From the NCBI GenBank assembly GCA_964016885.1, contig OZ024750.1, positions 14,384,001-14,448,000 on the forward strand: DNA of 64,000 nucleotides, in the 5' to 3' direction. This document shows, in pieces, positions 50,066 to 63,944 of this stretch. The first letter of the stretch is position 1; the number at the start of each line of letters is the position of its first letter. The notes under the pieces are model-generated. The model did not search any database, was not told the DNA's origin, and saw only the letters and a program-made list of their open reading frames with translations. Source of the stretch: Eledone cirrhosa (lineage: Eukaryota). A program made the position numbers and the translations under genes.

Positions 50066-50751
50066 ACGAGGTTAACTTTACCTTTCATCCTTACGGGGTC
50101 GATAAAATAAAGTACCAGTAATGTACTGAGTAATTGCTGGCCTTGTGCCAATAGTAGAAACAATTATATAGCAGATACTATGTTATTCTTGTAAATGCTT
50201 CTCTAGTATCTCCTTTCCATTATTTTGTTACTTGAGTCACTAAACTAAAAATATAGTATTTGAGCTACAGACTTTTTATTTGCTAGTCACAAAAATGTCA
50301 AAATCGTACAAAAATAACATTATTAATGCATTTACATTGTCTTGAAGATTACATTTCCCTTGGCGCTGACCTTCTTGAAATGTTTGAAGTATTTCTTCAG
50401 GATTAGGAAGCTGTAATATGTTATATAAAGAAACATTTTTAAATATGAATTTTGATAATACAGGATGCAATAGTTATTATATCATTCTAACTTTGGTAGA
50501 ACAGGATTCTGAAAGAGAAGGTTTAAGTAAAGTCTGGGATTATCGAAGGAGAAGAATGAGGTAGGTGTATTAAGAGAGCTGGGTAGGGTAGTGTAAGAAT
50601 GGTTTGTCAAAAGACAAAATACACATAATATTCTAGAGGTAGCAAAAAGAGGTTAAGTTGGTGAGTGAAGGCTTGCCAGCCATGTTTACTCTATTGATTT
50701 CTAATTTAGGCACAACGCCAACAAATTTGGGGGAAGGGCAAAGTTCATTAA

Positions 50752-51027
50752 CCTTTAGCATGCTAGCCATTTTTATGAGTTGTTTCCCTAGACATTGCAT
50801 TAATTGTGGATTGGCAGTATCAGTAGAGGGTCGGACGCCATGCTTTGACGCATTCTGAGTTCAAATCCCGCCAAGGTTAACTTTGCCTTTCATCCTTACG
50901 GGGTCGATAAAATAAAGTACCAGTAATGTACTGGGTAATTGCTGGCCTTGTGCCAAAAGTAGAAACAATTAATTATTAAGGGAAGATTACTCTATGGTGC
51001 CTTTTCTCACCGACAGCATGCTAAAGA
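50752..51027. mobile_element. Second TTAA-flanked MITE, interrupted by a SINE
   Basis: ttaa-cctttagcatgct ... agcatgctaaaga-ttaa. Confidence 0.65.
50806..50977 (+). mobile_element. SINE (45478 family) nested in a MITE
   Basis: A/B boxes, core and tail are all present. Confidence 0.85.
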
Positions 51028-51964
51028 TTAAACCAACTCCAGTACTTGACTGGTATTTTATTTTACCAAACCTGGAAGGATGAAAGGCAAAGTTGACCTT
51101 GATGGGATTTGAACTGAGAATGTAAAGAGCCAGAACAATGGCATTTTATATGGTTTGCTATAAGAAAACTCAGATTATATAATACAACCTTGGTAATAAA
51201 ATATAAAGCTTGAGTAAGAAAGGGTTGTAACTGCTGGATGAGCAACACTAACTTGCATGAAACCTAGGAGCATAAGATGAATTTTCTAATATGGACATGT
51301 AATGGTGGTTGAGACAATAAATGCTGGTTGAGAAAGTTTTGAGGACTGACAGTGGCATATACTTGTTGCAAAGAAAGGTAAAGAGATTTAGGAAAACATA
51401 ATGAGATCAGATAAAATAAAGGATGCTACAGCACTGAAGGGAGGAAGCAATAAACCAAACTGTAGTAAAATGGAGGTAAAAATGAAAATAACGATGTTTT
51501 AAGATTTAAACTTGAACTCAACCGAGCAGTAATCGGCCAACTTAATCTTACAGAAATGTTTTCCATGTAAAATATCCAAAACAAGTTACCTCTGATGCTA
51601 TAGAACTTGCACTTTGGGTTAATTCTCTTAGACTTTCCAAATTTGATGCTATTTCATTCTATATAAATAGGAGAAATATTTTAAATACTATATTATAAAT
51701 ATTGGATATTATAGTGAAATATGTATGTAATGCAATTATATAAAACATAAAAATATAAAATATTTATGTAACTTTATGTAAATGTTGTCTTTTCTTGAAA
51801 TTTTGAATGAATATTACAGGAAGGATTGCATATGTAACTCCTTGGTTAATTTACAAATTGCTACACTTTCGGTCCATATTATTCATAAGGCTGATAAAAC
51901 TGAAGCCTAAGGGCACTGCACGGACTAGAGGGCCCATCAATTTGTTTTGCTGTATTACAGTGAA

Positions 51965-52202
51965 AAATTGACATGCCAAAGTGGGCCCACAAAAGCCCTA
52001 GGGGCTCAGCTATGGGTTAATTGACATGCCAAAGTGAGCCCTAAATACCCGAAAGCCCCAAGGGATCAGCTATGGATTAAATGGCATGCCAAAGAGAGCC
52101 CCAAATAACTGAAAGCCCTAAGGGATCAGCTATGGGTTAATTGACATGCCAAAGGGAGCCCCAAATAACTGGAAGCCCTAGGGGCTCAGCTATGTGTTAA
52201 TT
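51965..52202. repeat. ~60-bp tandem repeat x4
   Basis: ttgacatgccaaag..agccc...aaagccc..ggg.tcagctatgggttaa. Confidence 0.9.
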
Positions 52203-52355
52203 CAGCCCAGTTTCTAGTTTCATAATGGCCTGCATACACTACATCCACAGACAACCTATATACTCAAATCAAAGGTATTAAACCTGAAAGACTACTCAGA
52301 CATTTGAGGGCCACATTACATGGATAAAGTATGCTGCAGCTTACATAAAAATGTC

Positions 52356-52647
52356 TAAAGTCTGTCTGGAGCCTGGAGGCTCATCAAGTCTGTGTTTATC
52401 CTTGTTTCTGTGGCAGAGAGTACAAGACAAGTGACAGAGAGTACAAGACTCACTCCTGGACAGGATGCCAGTCCATCACAGGGTTAAACTCCCAGCTACT
52501 GTTGGTACTCTTTTCAGCTGAGTATGCAGGAACAATGTAAAATAAAGTGTTTTGCTCAAGAACACAACTCACAACTCAGTCCAGGAATCGAACACATGAC
52601 ATTATGATAGTAAGTCCAACACCCTTACCACTAAGCTACACGCCTCC
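52356..52647 (-). mobile_element. tRNA-derived SINE, cagacttta-tail family
   Basis: Reverse-strand A/B boxes, the same core as the 43810 SINE, gactggcatcctgtccagg block, tail ...cagacttta. Confidence 0.85.
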
Positions 52648-53210
52648 ACATAGTTATGCAACTATATGTCTAATCATCTCGAACCACTAGATTTTCTTCA
52701 TTCTTCTGAGTTATGTCCCTTCATGGATTTGCAATATGAACTGCAAGCTATTAAGATGTTGAAATGAGTAAAACTAGCTGTCAAGTTAAGCCCATCCCAA
52801 AAGGAGCGATCACCAATAAAACTGAGTCAGAAGTTGTTTACTGTAGACAAAAGGCATATTAAATTGCATAATCATAAATAGTTTGGAGTCGCCATCATGT
52901 GACTGTGTTTTGCCAGACATACAAGTGGTTTAAGATGTGTCTGGAATGTTCCAATATGTTGTAAGAATGTATGTGGGAGGTGATGGTGGCACTCATGTGG
53001 GTATGTGATAAATATGATAATTGAATAAGAAGATTACATGTTCAATCCTGAGCCAAACATCTGTCCAGAAAATGTTTTGAATTCAGCATATCAGACATAC
53101 TCTTTGCTAGGCGATAGTGAAAATCTGAGCTCAGTACTAAAAGTCAATAAACGACCTATTATTAATTCTGTCTCTACAGCTTACAGGGCTCAAAATACCT
53201 CTCAAATGAA

Positions 53211-53389
53211 ATAATTGTTTCTACTATTGGCACAAGGCCAGAAATTACCCAGTACATTACTGGTACTTTATTTTATCGACCCCGTAAGGATGAAAGGCAA
53301 AGTTAACCTCGGCGGGATTTGAACTCAGAATGGCAAGGGCCGTAACTCTATGCGTCAAAGCATGGCGGCCGACTGCCAATCCACCGCCC
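53211..53389 (-). mobile_element. SINE, same family as 45478-45677
   Basis: Reverse complement of the family consensus; candidate TSD aaatgaaataat on both sides. Confidence 0.85.
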
Positions 53390-54669
53390 ATGAAATGAAA
53401 TAATACAAGTGGATAATTAAGAGTTATTTTCCCATTACAAGGTGTAGGTGAATTATACTAGTCAGATGACAATAGTAATATATAAAAGATGGTTACATGT
53501 TTTGGCTATATTATGGAAGTTTTGCCATACCATTTCATTGGAAACTGGAAGATTTTTAGTACCGTTGTTGGAATTCTGTGAAAGACATTCAATAATTTAG
53601 TTTATATATGGCACTAAATTTACTACTAACATAACTGTAACAATACATTTTGTGATGTCATTATGAATAAAATACAAATGTTTGTTTGCATGTATTTCTA
53701 AAACTATCACTTACAAACGAGTATGACTGGTACTTGGGCTGCTACTTTCTTTATTGACCCCGAAAGGATGAAAGGCATAGTGGACCTAATGAGATTTGAA
53801 CTCAAAACATACAGACGTGGAACAAATAGCCAACAATCTAACAATTCTGCCAAATCAAACTGCCTTGTGAATGTCACACAAATCCCTATAAAATAATGTG
53901 AGGCAGCCATACACCACATAATAACCCGCATCCATAACCACATAATGATAACATACACACATTTTAGACAAACAAAGATATATCCACACAGACATACACA
54001 TACACACCCACAGACATACAAATATTATTGACATAAATAACTTACACACACATATACCCAGTTAATAAAGGCATACACAAATATCTCATACATACACATG
54101 CAAATACTGAAAAAAACACACACACATACATTACAGTAATGAAAAGATACACATATATCCAATTATAATACAAACACACACATAAGCTATGCTAACACAA
54201 AGATACATACATACAAACAGTAAACCCCCCCCCCCCCTCATCCCTCAAATTATATGCTTACTAATCTACACCAACTTTCTACTGACCTACAATTGACTTG
54301 TTTGGTTCTGTTATTCACTCTCATGTCTACTCCCACCGCAAATATCTTTCTGTCATTTAACCACATTTGATATTTCAAAATTGTACTTGTGTCTGGCAAG
54401 TAACTTCATCTTAGACTGTGTTTCAAAAACTAAAGCAATTACATCATGGAAGAGTCATTTTAGACATTGAAAACACAAAAATTGTTGAATTAATTTTACA
54501 TTTATCATTTATTTGTTGATGTCTCAACAGAATTGTGTCAGTGATGAAGTTTGCCTGAGAAATTTTGACATCAAGAAATCAAAGGGATAAATGTAAAGTG
54601 AATTTAACAGATTTTGTGGGGCTTTTTTAAATTATTAAATCTAGTCTTTCACAATGTAATTACATTTAA

Positions 54670-54875
54670 CCCTATATAGCATTTAAACCGGCCATATCCA
54701 GTTAGAATTCTCTCACCTCTTTCTATTGAAACCGGCTGTAACTGGCCATTCATACTGATGTTAGGGTATTGTTCTCAAAATAAATATCAAAATCTCAGAT
54801 TCAATATTATGTGAGGTAAAGCCTTTACTACAAAAATGCAATAGTAAATACAGGGTAATGTAAATGCTAAAGGGG
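54670..54875. mobile_element. piggyBac-type MITE, same family, opposite orientation
   Basis: TTAA|CCC...GGG|TTAA. Confidence 0.8.
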
Positions 54876-56114
54876 TTAATATTTTTTTTACTCAAATCTA
54901 ACTTACTTTAAGATTTATTTATCAATTTATCTATCTACATTGTTCTTTTAGCTGTTGATACCCTAGGATATTTATATTTCATACTATTGCCTCTTCCTCA
55001 CAACATTTACTAACTAATGAAATCACTACAAAATTCCATTGGCATGTCTGACCAGTAGAGATGTCTAGTTTTAGTTGACTGTTGGGTTCACATGTAATAA
55101 TATCTTTAGCCATTTAACTGGTAAAATATACCCAGCCCACTCTATAATGTGGTCATGTTAGTGCCACAATAAAATACACCCAGCCCTCTCTGTAAAGTGG
55201 TAGTGCTGGTGCATCAATTAAATGCACTCAATACACTCTGTAAGAGTGAAACAATTAAGTGAAACTCCTTACATTGAGTGAAGCAATTCAATTTCATGAA
55301 TACCAAAAACCTTACCTGTTTCCTACTCATTGTGCTACAAAGCCACATTATTTTAGCTCAGGTGTGTATATTTCTGAGAAGAGATAAATACGAAAACCAG
55401 ATTTAATACACAGATTTAAAATATATTTAAGTATATATGAAAGACAAAGTACAGATGAGCTGAGAGAGAGACTGAATATAAGAGGAATTAGGTGTAATGT
55501 GCTGGAGAGAAGACTACACTAGTATGGCCATGTGATGTGTATTGTTGATGAGCATTGTGATGTGTATTATTGGTGAAGAAATGCCAAGAAATCCTAGTGA
55601 AAGTTTATATGGAAACTTGCTCAAGATAACAACTACAATTGCTCAAAGACTGTTATGATTTGCAGGACATTGCTGGAGAAGTAAGTAGGAAGTTATACAC
55701 AAGCTACTATTGTGGGAACCAACTCATGGGAGACACATACAAACTTCAATAGGGAACAGTTGCCTAGAACAATGGTAAATCATGAATTAGGGAGAGACTT
55801 TGTCAGGAATGTTTTACTGGTCACAATGATGATGATGAATATTGTTTCAAATATTTCCTGTGTTTGTGTTTAGGCAATTGTGGATGTTTTTATATTGTGT
55901 ATATGAAGCATTGCAATTAGGATTTTGAGTATTAAGATATTTCAACATATGCTACCTGAAAAGAAGAATATTCAAAGGAGATATGCAAAGAATCTGTATA
56001 AAAAAAACAGGAGGGTAAATGGGAATAACAAATCAGTAAAAAAAATGGTACCAAATATCTTTGGTATGCTTTTGAATGAAGGATGTTAAGTTTTAACGAA
56101 ATTCTAAATAATGT

Positions 56115-56410
56115 GGGTTGGACCTCAGTTGGATCTGAAAACAAGTGTTTCAGTTGTTCAGTTGTTCATGAAATTAGTCTGCAAGTGGCTGAGCATTCCA
56201 CAAACATGTTAAGTAGTTACAAGGGCATGACAAACTGTATGAAAAGGCTGGCACTTTGAATTACAAGCATAACTCATTTTTGCCAGCCAGGTGAATTGAA
56301 GCAAAGAGAAATATAGTGTCTTGTTCAAAGACACAACACACCACTGGTAATCAAACTCACAACCTTATGATCATGAGCCAAACACCCTAACCACTAAGCT
56401 ATGTGCCTTC
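56115..56410 (-). mobile_element. tRNA-derived SINE, third tail type
   Basis: Same head as the 43810 SINE; tail contains tgcaagtggctgagcat, also seen at about 14870-14932 and reversed at about 7590-7690. Confidence 0.75.
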
Positions 56411-58078
56411 ACAAACATAATAGTACAACCCTTACTAGCATTGAAAAGATATGTTAAATGATGATAATGTACGTATTATATGTGTGTGTATATATATATC
56501 ATTATTATCATCGATTAACATCACACTAGCATGGGTTAGACGGGTCCCATTTAGAGGCAAGTTGGGTCAGGTGACTGTGTTTCGCTCATATAGGGGTGTT
56601 TCTGGCTGGATGCCCTTCTTAATGCCAACCTCATTGACCGTGTGTGCTGGGTCCTTTTTGTTGTGTCTTTTATACACGTCCACTTTACATGTATGTGTTA
56701 GTGTTATTAACTAATACCTCCACCCATATTTACCTTATAATAATTGATGGGTATTTAAATTAATGTTCACTCAGAAACACAAATAATATTCACTTCAGAA
56801 ATAAGCTTTTCCAGAATGTAATTCTGATTATTTCAACATCTCTATAACTTTTTTCTTATGACATCACAAGAGACTTTGTTTCATTAGTTTGAAAACGTCT
56901 TCATCCTATTAAATATCATTTTAACATTAAACTATCTTTTAACTCTTAACATACCACATGAAACCACATTAGCAAGACTCTTTTGAAAAGTACAAAACAG
57001 CACTATTACTAGATCACCTGAAACATTAACGTCTTTACCCTAATACTGAAAATTTTCATAACAATTTGTCCACAAGTAAAGATACTATAAATATATAAAT
57101 TAACAAATATTTTTGGTAAGCTTTTGAATATTTACTATACAGGTAGGTGATGGAAATTTTCTCCAAGTAAAAGTGGGGAATGATGCAAAAAAGGTTGGGA
57201 ACCCCTGACTTAGACAACACTTAAAATCTATCTTACTTTTACACATCTTCAGTTCCTTTTGCTTCCTACACTAGGTGACAAAAGATATCCATTCCCCATG
57301 GTCACAAACCTGCTCCCAGACCAGGCCCATGTCTGCCAGGTATTCATCCACAGACCATAACCAGGTGTTGATGGGTTTGCCTTGTAATCCATCACATCAA
57401 AATGAGAAAAGGAATCTAATTTCTATTCACAGAGTAAACATTTTTCATGTTTTCTGTTCTTTATTAGCTCTTAACATTTTGTAATGATTCAGCAAAAAGT
57501 GTCTAAAAGCAGGTTTGTTAATTCAAATGTTTATAATTAGTATTTTTAATCATGGATGTATTGTCAGGAAAATTTGCAGTAAAGTAAAGACAGAGTAAAT
57601 ACAAGCACGGAGGGTTGGGCAGATCTTTACAGATAAAATCAGTACTCAAGTGGAGCTACTGATATTTATATTAGCTGGGGGCCTGCATCTTGCTTACATA
57701 CATTCCCCCTATTCTACCGAGTATATTTGAAAAAAAAACATCATTTTGAAGTTTAAAATTTAAACAAAAATACACATGATTTTAACAAATTTTAATATGT
57801 TTTTGTACATTTTTTATTTACCACAATGATGTAATAAAAAGATTGTTTTTTTATTTATTTATTAGTTTTTCACTTAATTTCAAAATTGTTTCTTTCATAG
57901 ACCCTTTACATGGATCTCACAGGCCAATAAAGGTCGACAGACCAATATCGATCTCACATATCAATATGGATCCACAGACCATCTTTTGAGAACTGCTGCT
58001 CTAGAACAAGTCAGAAAGAAAAACAAAGAACTAGTAGAGACAATTCTGTTAAAGAAGTATTGATAGTCTAAATAAGAA

Positions 58079-58290
58079 CTAAGAACTCATATCTTTTTTC
58101 AGTTTTGCTAAGGCTGCCAAATGACTGTCTCTCCATTTACGGCGTTTTTCCAAATCTGACATAGGGACTTTGGCGGAAAGTTCCTTTTGAATACGCTCAA
58201 GTGTAGGCCCTTCCATTTTTTCTGGTGGAGAAAAGGTTTTCTGTATATTGCAAATTGTATTGGCATAGCGATCACAATAATCCATCATTC
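58079..58290 (-). CDS. CRYL1: Lambda-crystallin homolog, terminal exon
   Basis: (G)MMDYCDRYANTI...LEKRRKWRDSHLAALAKLKKDMSS*, matching the CRYL1 C-terminal motif RRxWRDxxLxxLAKLK; cag acceptor. Confidence 0.93.
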
Positions 58291-58649
58291 CTGTAAAATA
58301 GAATCAAAAGAATAAAGTGAATTTTAAAAAAAAAAAGTTGATTCAGAATGCTAATCAAATAAAAAGCAAAGAATACTAGCATTTGTATGTTGGTTTGCAG
58401 CTATGAGTGATTTTCATAAACATTTCCTTATCTATTGCTGTTGCTGCTGCTGCTGTTGTTTAGCTCAAGCCAGTCAGCTCTGGTGAGCAGATCTATAATG
58501 ATTGGCATCTCAACTTCAACCCACTTGCTTTTTCTTTGACGACAGTATATTTAGGACTACATTATCAAATGTAAAATAGAGAGATGACTCATGAAGTCTT
58601 TGCATAATCTATAAAATCCTATTTATTAGTTCAAACTCCAGCTTAACCT

Positions 58650-59532
58650 AAGCCTAAAAGTTAGGATGCTTGATGTATGATTGTAGTTTGTTAGTTTAAT
58701 TCCTAGACAGACTGTTGCATGGTGTTCTTGAGCAAAACACTTTATTTCACATTGCTCCAGTACACTCAGCTAAGAGTGAGTACCAGCAGTATCTGGCGCC
58801 CTGTCCAGGGAGAGTCTTGTACTCTCAGTAGCTTAACATTAAGAAAACCAGGGATAAGTACCAACCTGATGAACCTCTGGGCTTGAGACAGACTTTAACC
58901 ATGCAATAGACTGGCGTCTTGTTCTGTGGGGAATCTTATACTCTCAGTCGCTTAACACCAAGTATCAGCCTGATGAACCTCTGGGCTTGAGACAGACTTT
59001 AACCATGCAATAGACTGGCGTCTTGTTCTGTGGGGAATCTTATACTCTCAGTCGCTTAACACCAAGTATCAGCCTGGTGAACCTCTGGGCTTGAACAGAC
59101 TTTAACCATGCGATAGACTGGCGTCTTGTTCTGTGGGGAATCTTATACTCTCAGTCGCTTAACACCAAGTATCAGCCTGATGAACCTCTTGGCCTGAACA
59201 GACTTTAACCATGCGATAGACTGGCGTCTTGTTCTGTGGGGAATCTTATACTCTCAGTCGCTTAACACCAAGTATCAGCCTGATGAACCTCTGGGCTTGA
59301 ACATACTTTAACCATGTGATAGACTGGCGTCTTGTTCTGTGGGGAATCTTATACTCTCAGTCGCTTAACACCAAGCATCAGCCTGGTGAACCTCTGGGCT
59401 TGAACAGACTTTAACCATGTGATAGACTGGCGTCTTGTTCTGTGGGGAATCTTATACTCTCAGTCGCTTAACACCAAGAAAACCAGATATAAGGACCAGC
59501 CTGATGAGCCTCGGCTTAGAACAGACTTTAAC
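58650..59532 (+). mobile_element. SINE whose 3' part is amplified into a 103-104 bp tandem array (6 units)
   Basis: Core cttgagcaaaacactttatttcac, then units starting at 58865, 58969, 59073, 59176, 59279 and 59382. Confidence 0.85.
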
Positions 59533-59708
59533 TTAACTAAAACATTAATTACATTTAATTATAAACTAAAGAATATTAAATATAATTAACATTGTGGATT
59601 TTGAAGAACAACACAATATCAGAAGATGAAACAGAAGACAAAATGCAGAAAGTAGAAGAAACCAGAGAAATTGATATACTTCCAAAACCTGAAAATATAT
59701 GTTCTTAC

Positions 59709-59814
59709 CATTAGCATTTAAATAAGCAGTTTCCCATGGCCCAATAAAAGCATAACGAAGACCTAAACCTTCAGATACAACTTTGTCAAGGTTCTCAACA
59801 GAAACAACATCTTC
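59709..59814 (-). CDS. CRYL1: CRYL1 exon
   Basis: [35 protein letters not shown](G); cag/gtaag sites. Confidence 0.95.
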
Positions 59815-60031
59815 CTGCAATTAAAGAATGATTAAAGCAGATGATTAGTAGCAGTAGTTAAATAGTTTCTACATGACTAGATGATTTATTTATTTAAAGC
59901 TATTGAAACAAATGATATAACATGGCTCTCTCAAATAAACATATAACAATTTCAATGACATTACTCTATCAAATTACTACAAATAGTAGATGGAAAATTA
60001 ATTGCCTTGAATTTAATGTAAAATTTCTTAC

Positions 60032-60226
60032 TTTTATAAGTTCCCATGATGCCTGCAAAATAGCATACTGGATTCTGTTGATAAGAAAGCCTTCATATTC
60101 TTTTTTTAATAGTATTGGTACTTGGCCAATTTCTTTCATAATTTCCTCTGCCTTGCTCATGATTTTACTGTCAGTCCATGGAGCGGGGACAAGTTCGACT
60201 GCAGGAGCATAGAAAGGTGGGTTTAT
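60032..60226 (-). CDS. CRYL1: CRYL1 exon
   Basis: INPPFYAPAVELVPAPWT...GFLINRIQYAILQASWELIK, carrying 3-hydroxyacyl-CoA dehydrogenase family motifs; cag/gtaag sites. Confidence 0.95.
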
Positions 60227-60709
60227 CTGGAGAAAAATTTAGTTTCAAAATTAATTTAATATTTATAGAAGAAAAATTCTGGTTTAACATGCAGCTGTAT
60301 CATGTTTTTCAGATATTTTCCCATCAAATTATAAAGTAATATCGCTCAGGAAATATTTCCATTTTCATCAACAGAAATTTGATGACAGCTCAAGTTTTAC
60401 AAAGAAAAAACTGAAAGTTATATAACATATATTATTCAGTTTAAGCCACAATAAACAAAGTAAATAACAACATCTTGATAAAATTTTGATAATCGAGTGT
60501 ATCCGGTTTAGAAATGGTATATCATATATCGGTATGTCATAAGAGGTGACTACAAGAGATAACACCTGTAAGGGTATCCAGTCATGAGATCATTCCTCTA
60601 AAAAAGACTCATCCAGCCTATGCAAGCATGGAAAAACAGACCAAAAATGATAATAATGATGATGATGATGATGATTATTGGCATGATAATTATAAAAAAA
60701 ACAACTTAC

Positions 60710-60871
60710 TGGGTGGGCAACAAGCATTTGATTCCGATGTTTAAGTTCTTCAGATAACTTTGATGGAAGGATACAGCTAGAGGAGCTGGCTAGCAGTGCT
60801 TCATTGGAAAGATGTAAATCTACAGATTTTAGTACTTTCTTTTTTAGTTCAAGGTTTTCTGGAACAGATTC
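60710..60871 (-). CDS. CRYL1: CRYL1 exon
   Basis: ESVPENLELKKKV...LASSSSCILPSKL...MLVAHP (catalytic His); tag/gtaagt sites; 162 nt. Confidence 0.95.
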
Positions 60872-61468
60872 CTATTTAAAATGTACAAAACAAAGTCTAA
60901 ATATTTCGATTAAAACAAGAAACTAAATGACAAGGTATTAAAAACTTGTATCATATGTATATGTAGACATCTAACTTCTGGTGGATTTATAAATTTTCTG
61001 TAGTGACAAATGGCATTTCTTAGTCATTTTAAAACTGGCGGATCCCCCATCCCCAGGCCTGAATACAGTCGATTTCTTCCAGTGAAGGACAGAGAGAGTA
61101 ACAGAGAAGAGAAGAAGGGAGAATGAGATATAGAGGAAGAATCAACCACAGTTTATTGTAAATAAATAAATGTGACAATAAAAAACATGTACTACTGCTC
61201 CTAACATATATGAAACTTGGGTATTTTAAGCCTGATGGAACCCAGCCAATTTCTTCTTCTTCTTCTTCTTCTTAGAGAGAGATGGTTGTATAGCTATCAT
61301 TCTAACATGAGGGCTGTATAGTTAACAAGAGTATTCAATATTCAATAGTAAAATAATTATTTCAATATTACCATTTGCAAAATATAACCAATTTCACCCC
61401 CCACATGGAAAAATGGTAGCAAAACAGTACGAAAAATATTGATTTGTTAACATGAAAATATCCCATAC

Positions 61469-61703
61469 CTGGACATATATTGCACCACTAATGCAACTTT
61501 CCAAATTTTCAGCCTTTGATATGCGTTGATACTGTTCTTCAATAGAGAGAGTGCCACGTAAAAGACCCAGATCACTTAGGTTTTTTAGCTGGGATTTGAT
61601 GTTTTCTAAAGCATGGGTTACTTGATCGGGATTAACATCAAACATAGACACTTTGTAGCCAGAAGCAGCAAAAAGCATTGCCCAACTGCAGCCAATTAAA
61701 CCA
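61469..61703 (-). CDS. CRYL1: CRYL1 exon (NAD-binding Rossmann fold); upstream exon not located
   Basis: (S)GLIGCSWAMLFAASGYKVSMFDV...LRGTLSIEEQ...GAIYVQ; cag/gtatg sites. Confidence 0.95.
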
Positions 61704-61889
61704 CTGGAGAAGAAAAAAAAGAGTAACATAACATTTTTAGTCTGCATTCTCTTTCATATATTTAGAGAGATTTTATAGAATAAAGAAAAACAGATATTTT
61801 GAAAAACAACTCAATAATAACAAGACCTTATGTTGTTTCCGTTTGATTAGTATATTGAGTGCTTTCTATCACAGCATGAATGTTACCTC

Positions 61890-62430
61890 GGTGTATCAGG
61901 GTTGTGAGCTTTCTCCACTCCATTTAGTCTTCAATCTCTCGTTATATTCACCTTCAGCAACGCAGTGCTTATACTGGTGGCTGAATCCTTTGTAGTACGG
62001 CCAATTACCAGAGTTAACTTGATCCTGCATCATCTCCTTTATGAGGTTCAGTTTGTTGAGGTAATTCTTCGCAACTTTGTGCCTTGTCTTCCTTGGAACC
62101 CTTCTGCCACGAGATTTATCCACTTTGAGCACTCAGCACTGTTTTATACAGCTCTTGCTTTCCTTAAGCATCACATGACCATACAATCATGATCGTCTCT
62201 CTTGCACACTATACTACATTCCTCCTTTACTCAGCTTCTTACTTAGTTCACTAGCATTTTATCATTCATATACACCAACATTACACATCCGATAGAGCAT
62301 GAATGCCTCATTCCTTTTAAACCACCAAAAATCTTCAGCACTCAAAGTCCACGTTTCGTTGCCATGTAGCAATGCAGTTCGCATACAAGCATCATATAAT
62401 TTGCCCTTCATTCAGAGAATGAAGTCCTTT
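61890..62430 (-). mobile_element. Degraded RTE ORF2 3' fragment in a CRYL1 intron
   Basis: YDACMRTALLHGNETWTLSAED and RGRRVPRKT, homologous to the intact RTEs. Confidence 0.8.
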
Positions 62431-62935
62431 GTTGCAAAAATATAAAATATCAAATGAGAAAACAAGTTTCCCAACAATATTTCTCTCCCTTGCAAAAGAA
62501 ACTACACCAAAAAACAATAAAAATGAAGCTTGTTTTTTAAATTTATATTCACTTATCTCTGTATGCCTTGATTTTTGTTTCTCAACTGTAAGAAATATTA
62601 GATACTTCCCCTAGTCTATCATGCCTTACTATTGAATGAATAAGTATGATGCTAGGAAAATTCTGACCAAAAACCTGTGGAATATTTAATTCAAGGCGAG
62701 ACAGAGACTGCAACACGATGTAGCTTCGAATACAACACGTCAAGTTGAAGAAGGTGAATAAGTAGGTTTACATAACACACAGTAAATATAATTAACAATG
62801 GAACTCTGAGAACCAATGTTAACAGAGCAAGATATTGGGGTGTTTTTAAAAACTCTAAAAAAATATTTTTAAATTCAAATTTCCATTTCCTTTATTCTTC
62901 TTTCTCTCTACCTAACATGAAATTTATCATGAATC

Positions 62936-63116
62936 ATAGTATCGTTAGAGGGTCGGACGCCATGATTTGCAGCATGGAGTTACGGGCCTTTACGATCTGA
63001 GTTCAAATCCCGTCGAGGTTAACTTTGCCTTTCATCCTTACGGGGTCGATAAAATAAAGTACCAGTAATACACTGGGATAATTGCTGGCCTTGTGTCAAA
63101 AGTAGGAACAATTATT
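62936..63116 (+). mobile_element. SINE (45478 family)
   Basis: gagttcaaatcccg...tttgcctttcatccttacggggtcgataaaat...aacaattatt. Confidence 0.85.
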
Positions 63117-63944
63117 GAATATGTGTATGAAACTTTTAGCAATCCCTCATACTCTTCACCAGATTTGATAATTGTAATGCGTTTGTAAACCAGTAAGAGT
63201 TCTCTCCCTTGAAAAAGAAACGCAAACAAATATATATTAACAGAAAATGCACACCGCTGCATAACACGTACAGAGAAATGCATCGTTACCTCACCGGCCA
63301 CCAGTTTCGCACATTAAGGTGGTACTGCATTTGTAATGCCAGTTTGCACGACAAAACGGAGCCCATAAATCAAATATAATTTTAGCGTTATATTAAACGA
63401 CACTAGATGGTCACGGCTAGTACATCTTTGTATTATTTCCACTTACAAGGGATTATTGAAAAACAAAACATAAATGTTTAAAGTAGCTGCTTTTGTAGTA
63501 GCGTGTGTATATACAAAGTTCGTAGCGGTGTATTTCGCCATTTCCATTTTGGTTTTTCATTCTACTTTCGAATCACTTTGATATGTATAGTTGGAGCTAG
63601 ATTTTTTATTCGCCTTCCACTCGTTAAAATACATATTATTACCAATTGTGAAGTATTCATATCCATGAATGAGAAAATACAATTTGTAATCTAAGCAGCT
63701 TAGTTTCACCACGGCAATGCCTCAAAAAGTATGAGAGGACGGTTCCGATGTCCCTTGTGGTGTGTGACTGTTTTTCAGACTAAGTGGTGAATTGATGATG
63801 CATTTTTTTCGCTTTGAATTCTATTTTTATGTGCAACATCATGATTATAATATATTTTCTTTCGTTTTGAATTTATATTTTAATGTGAAATATAATGCTT
63901 ACAGAATGCAAATATAATTAATTATTGCTAGGGACCTTATAAAT

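Noticed and set aside
58865-59532. Tandem CTGATGA motifs suggesting a multimeric hammerhead/retrozyme
   Set aside because: No GAAA box follows the short stem (the sequence reads ttgagacag or ttgaacag) and there is no stem III/NUH; it is better explained as the SINE terminal stem-loop.
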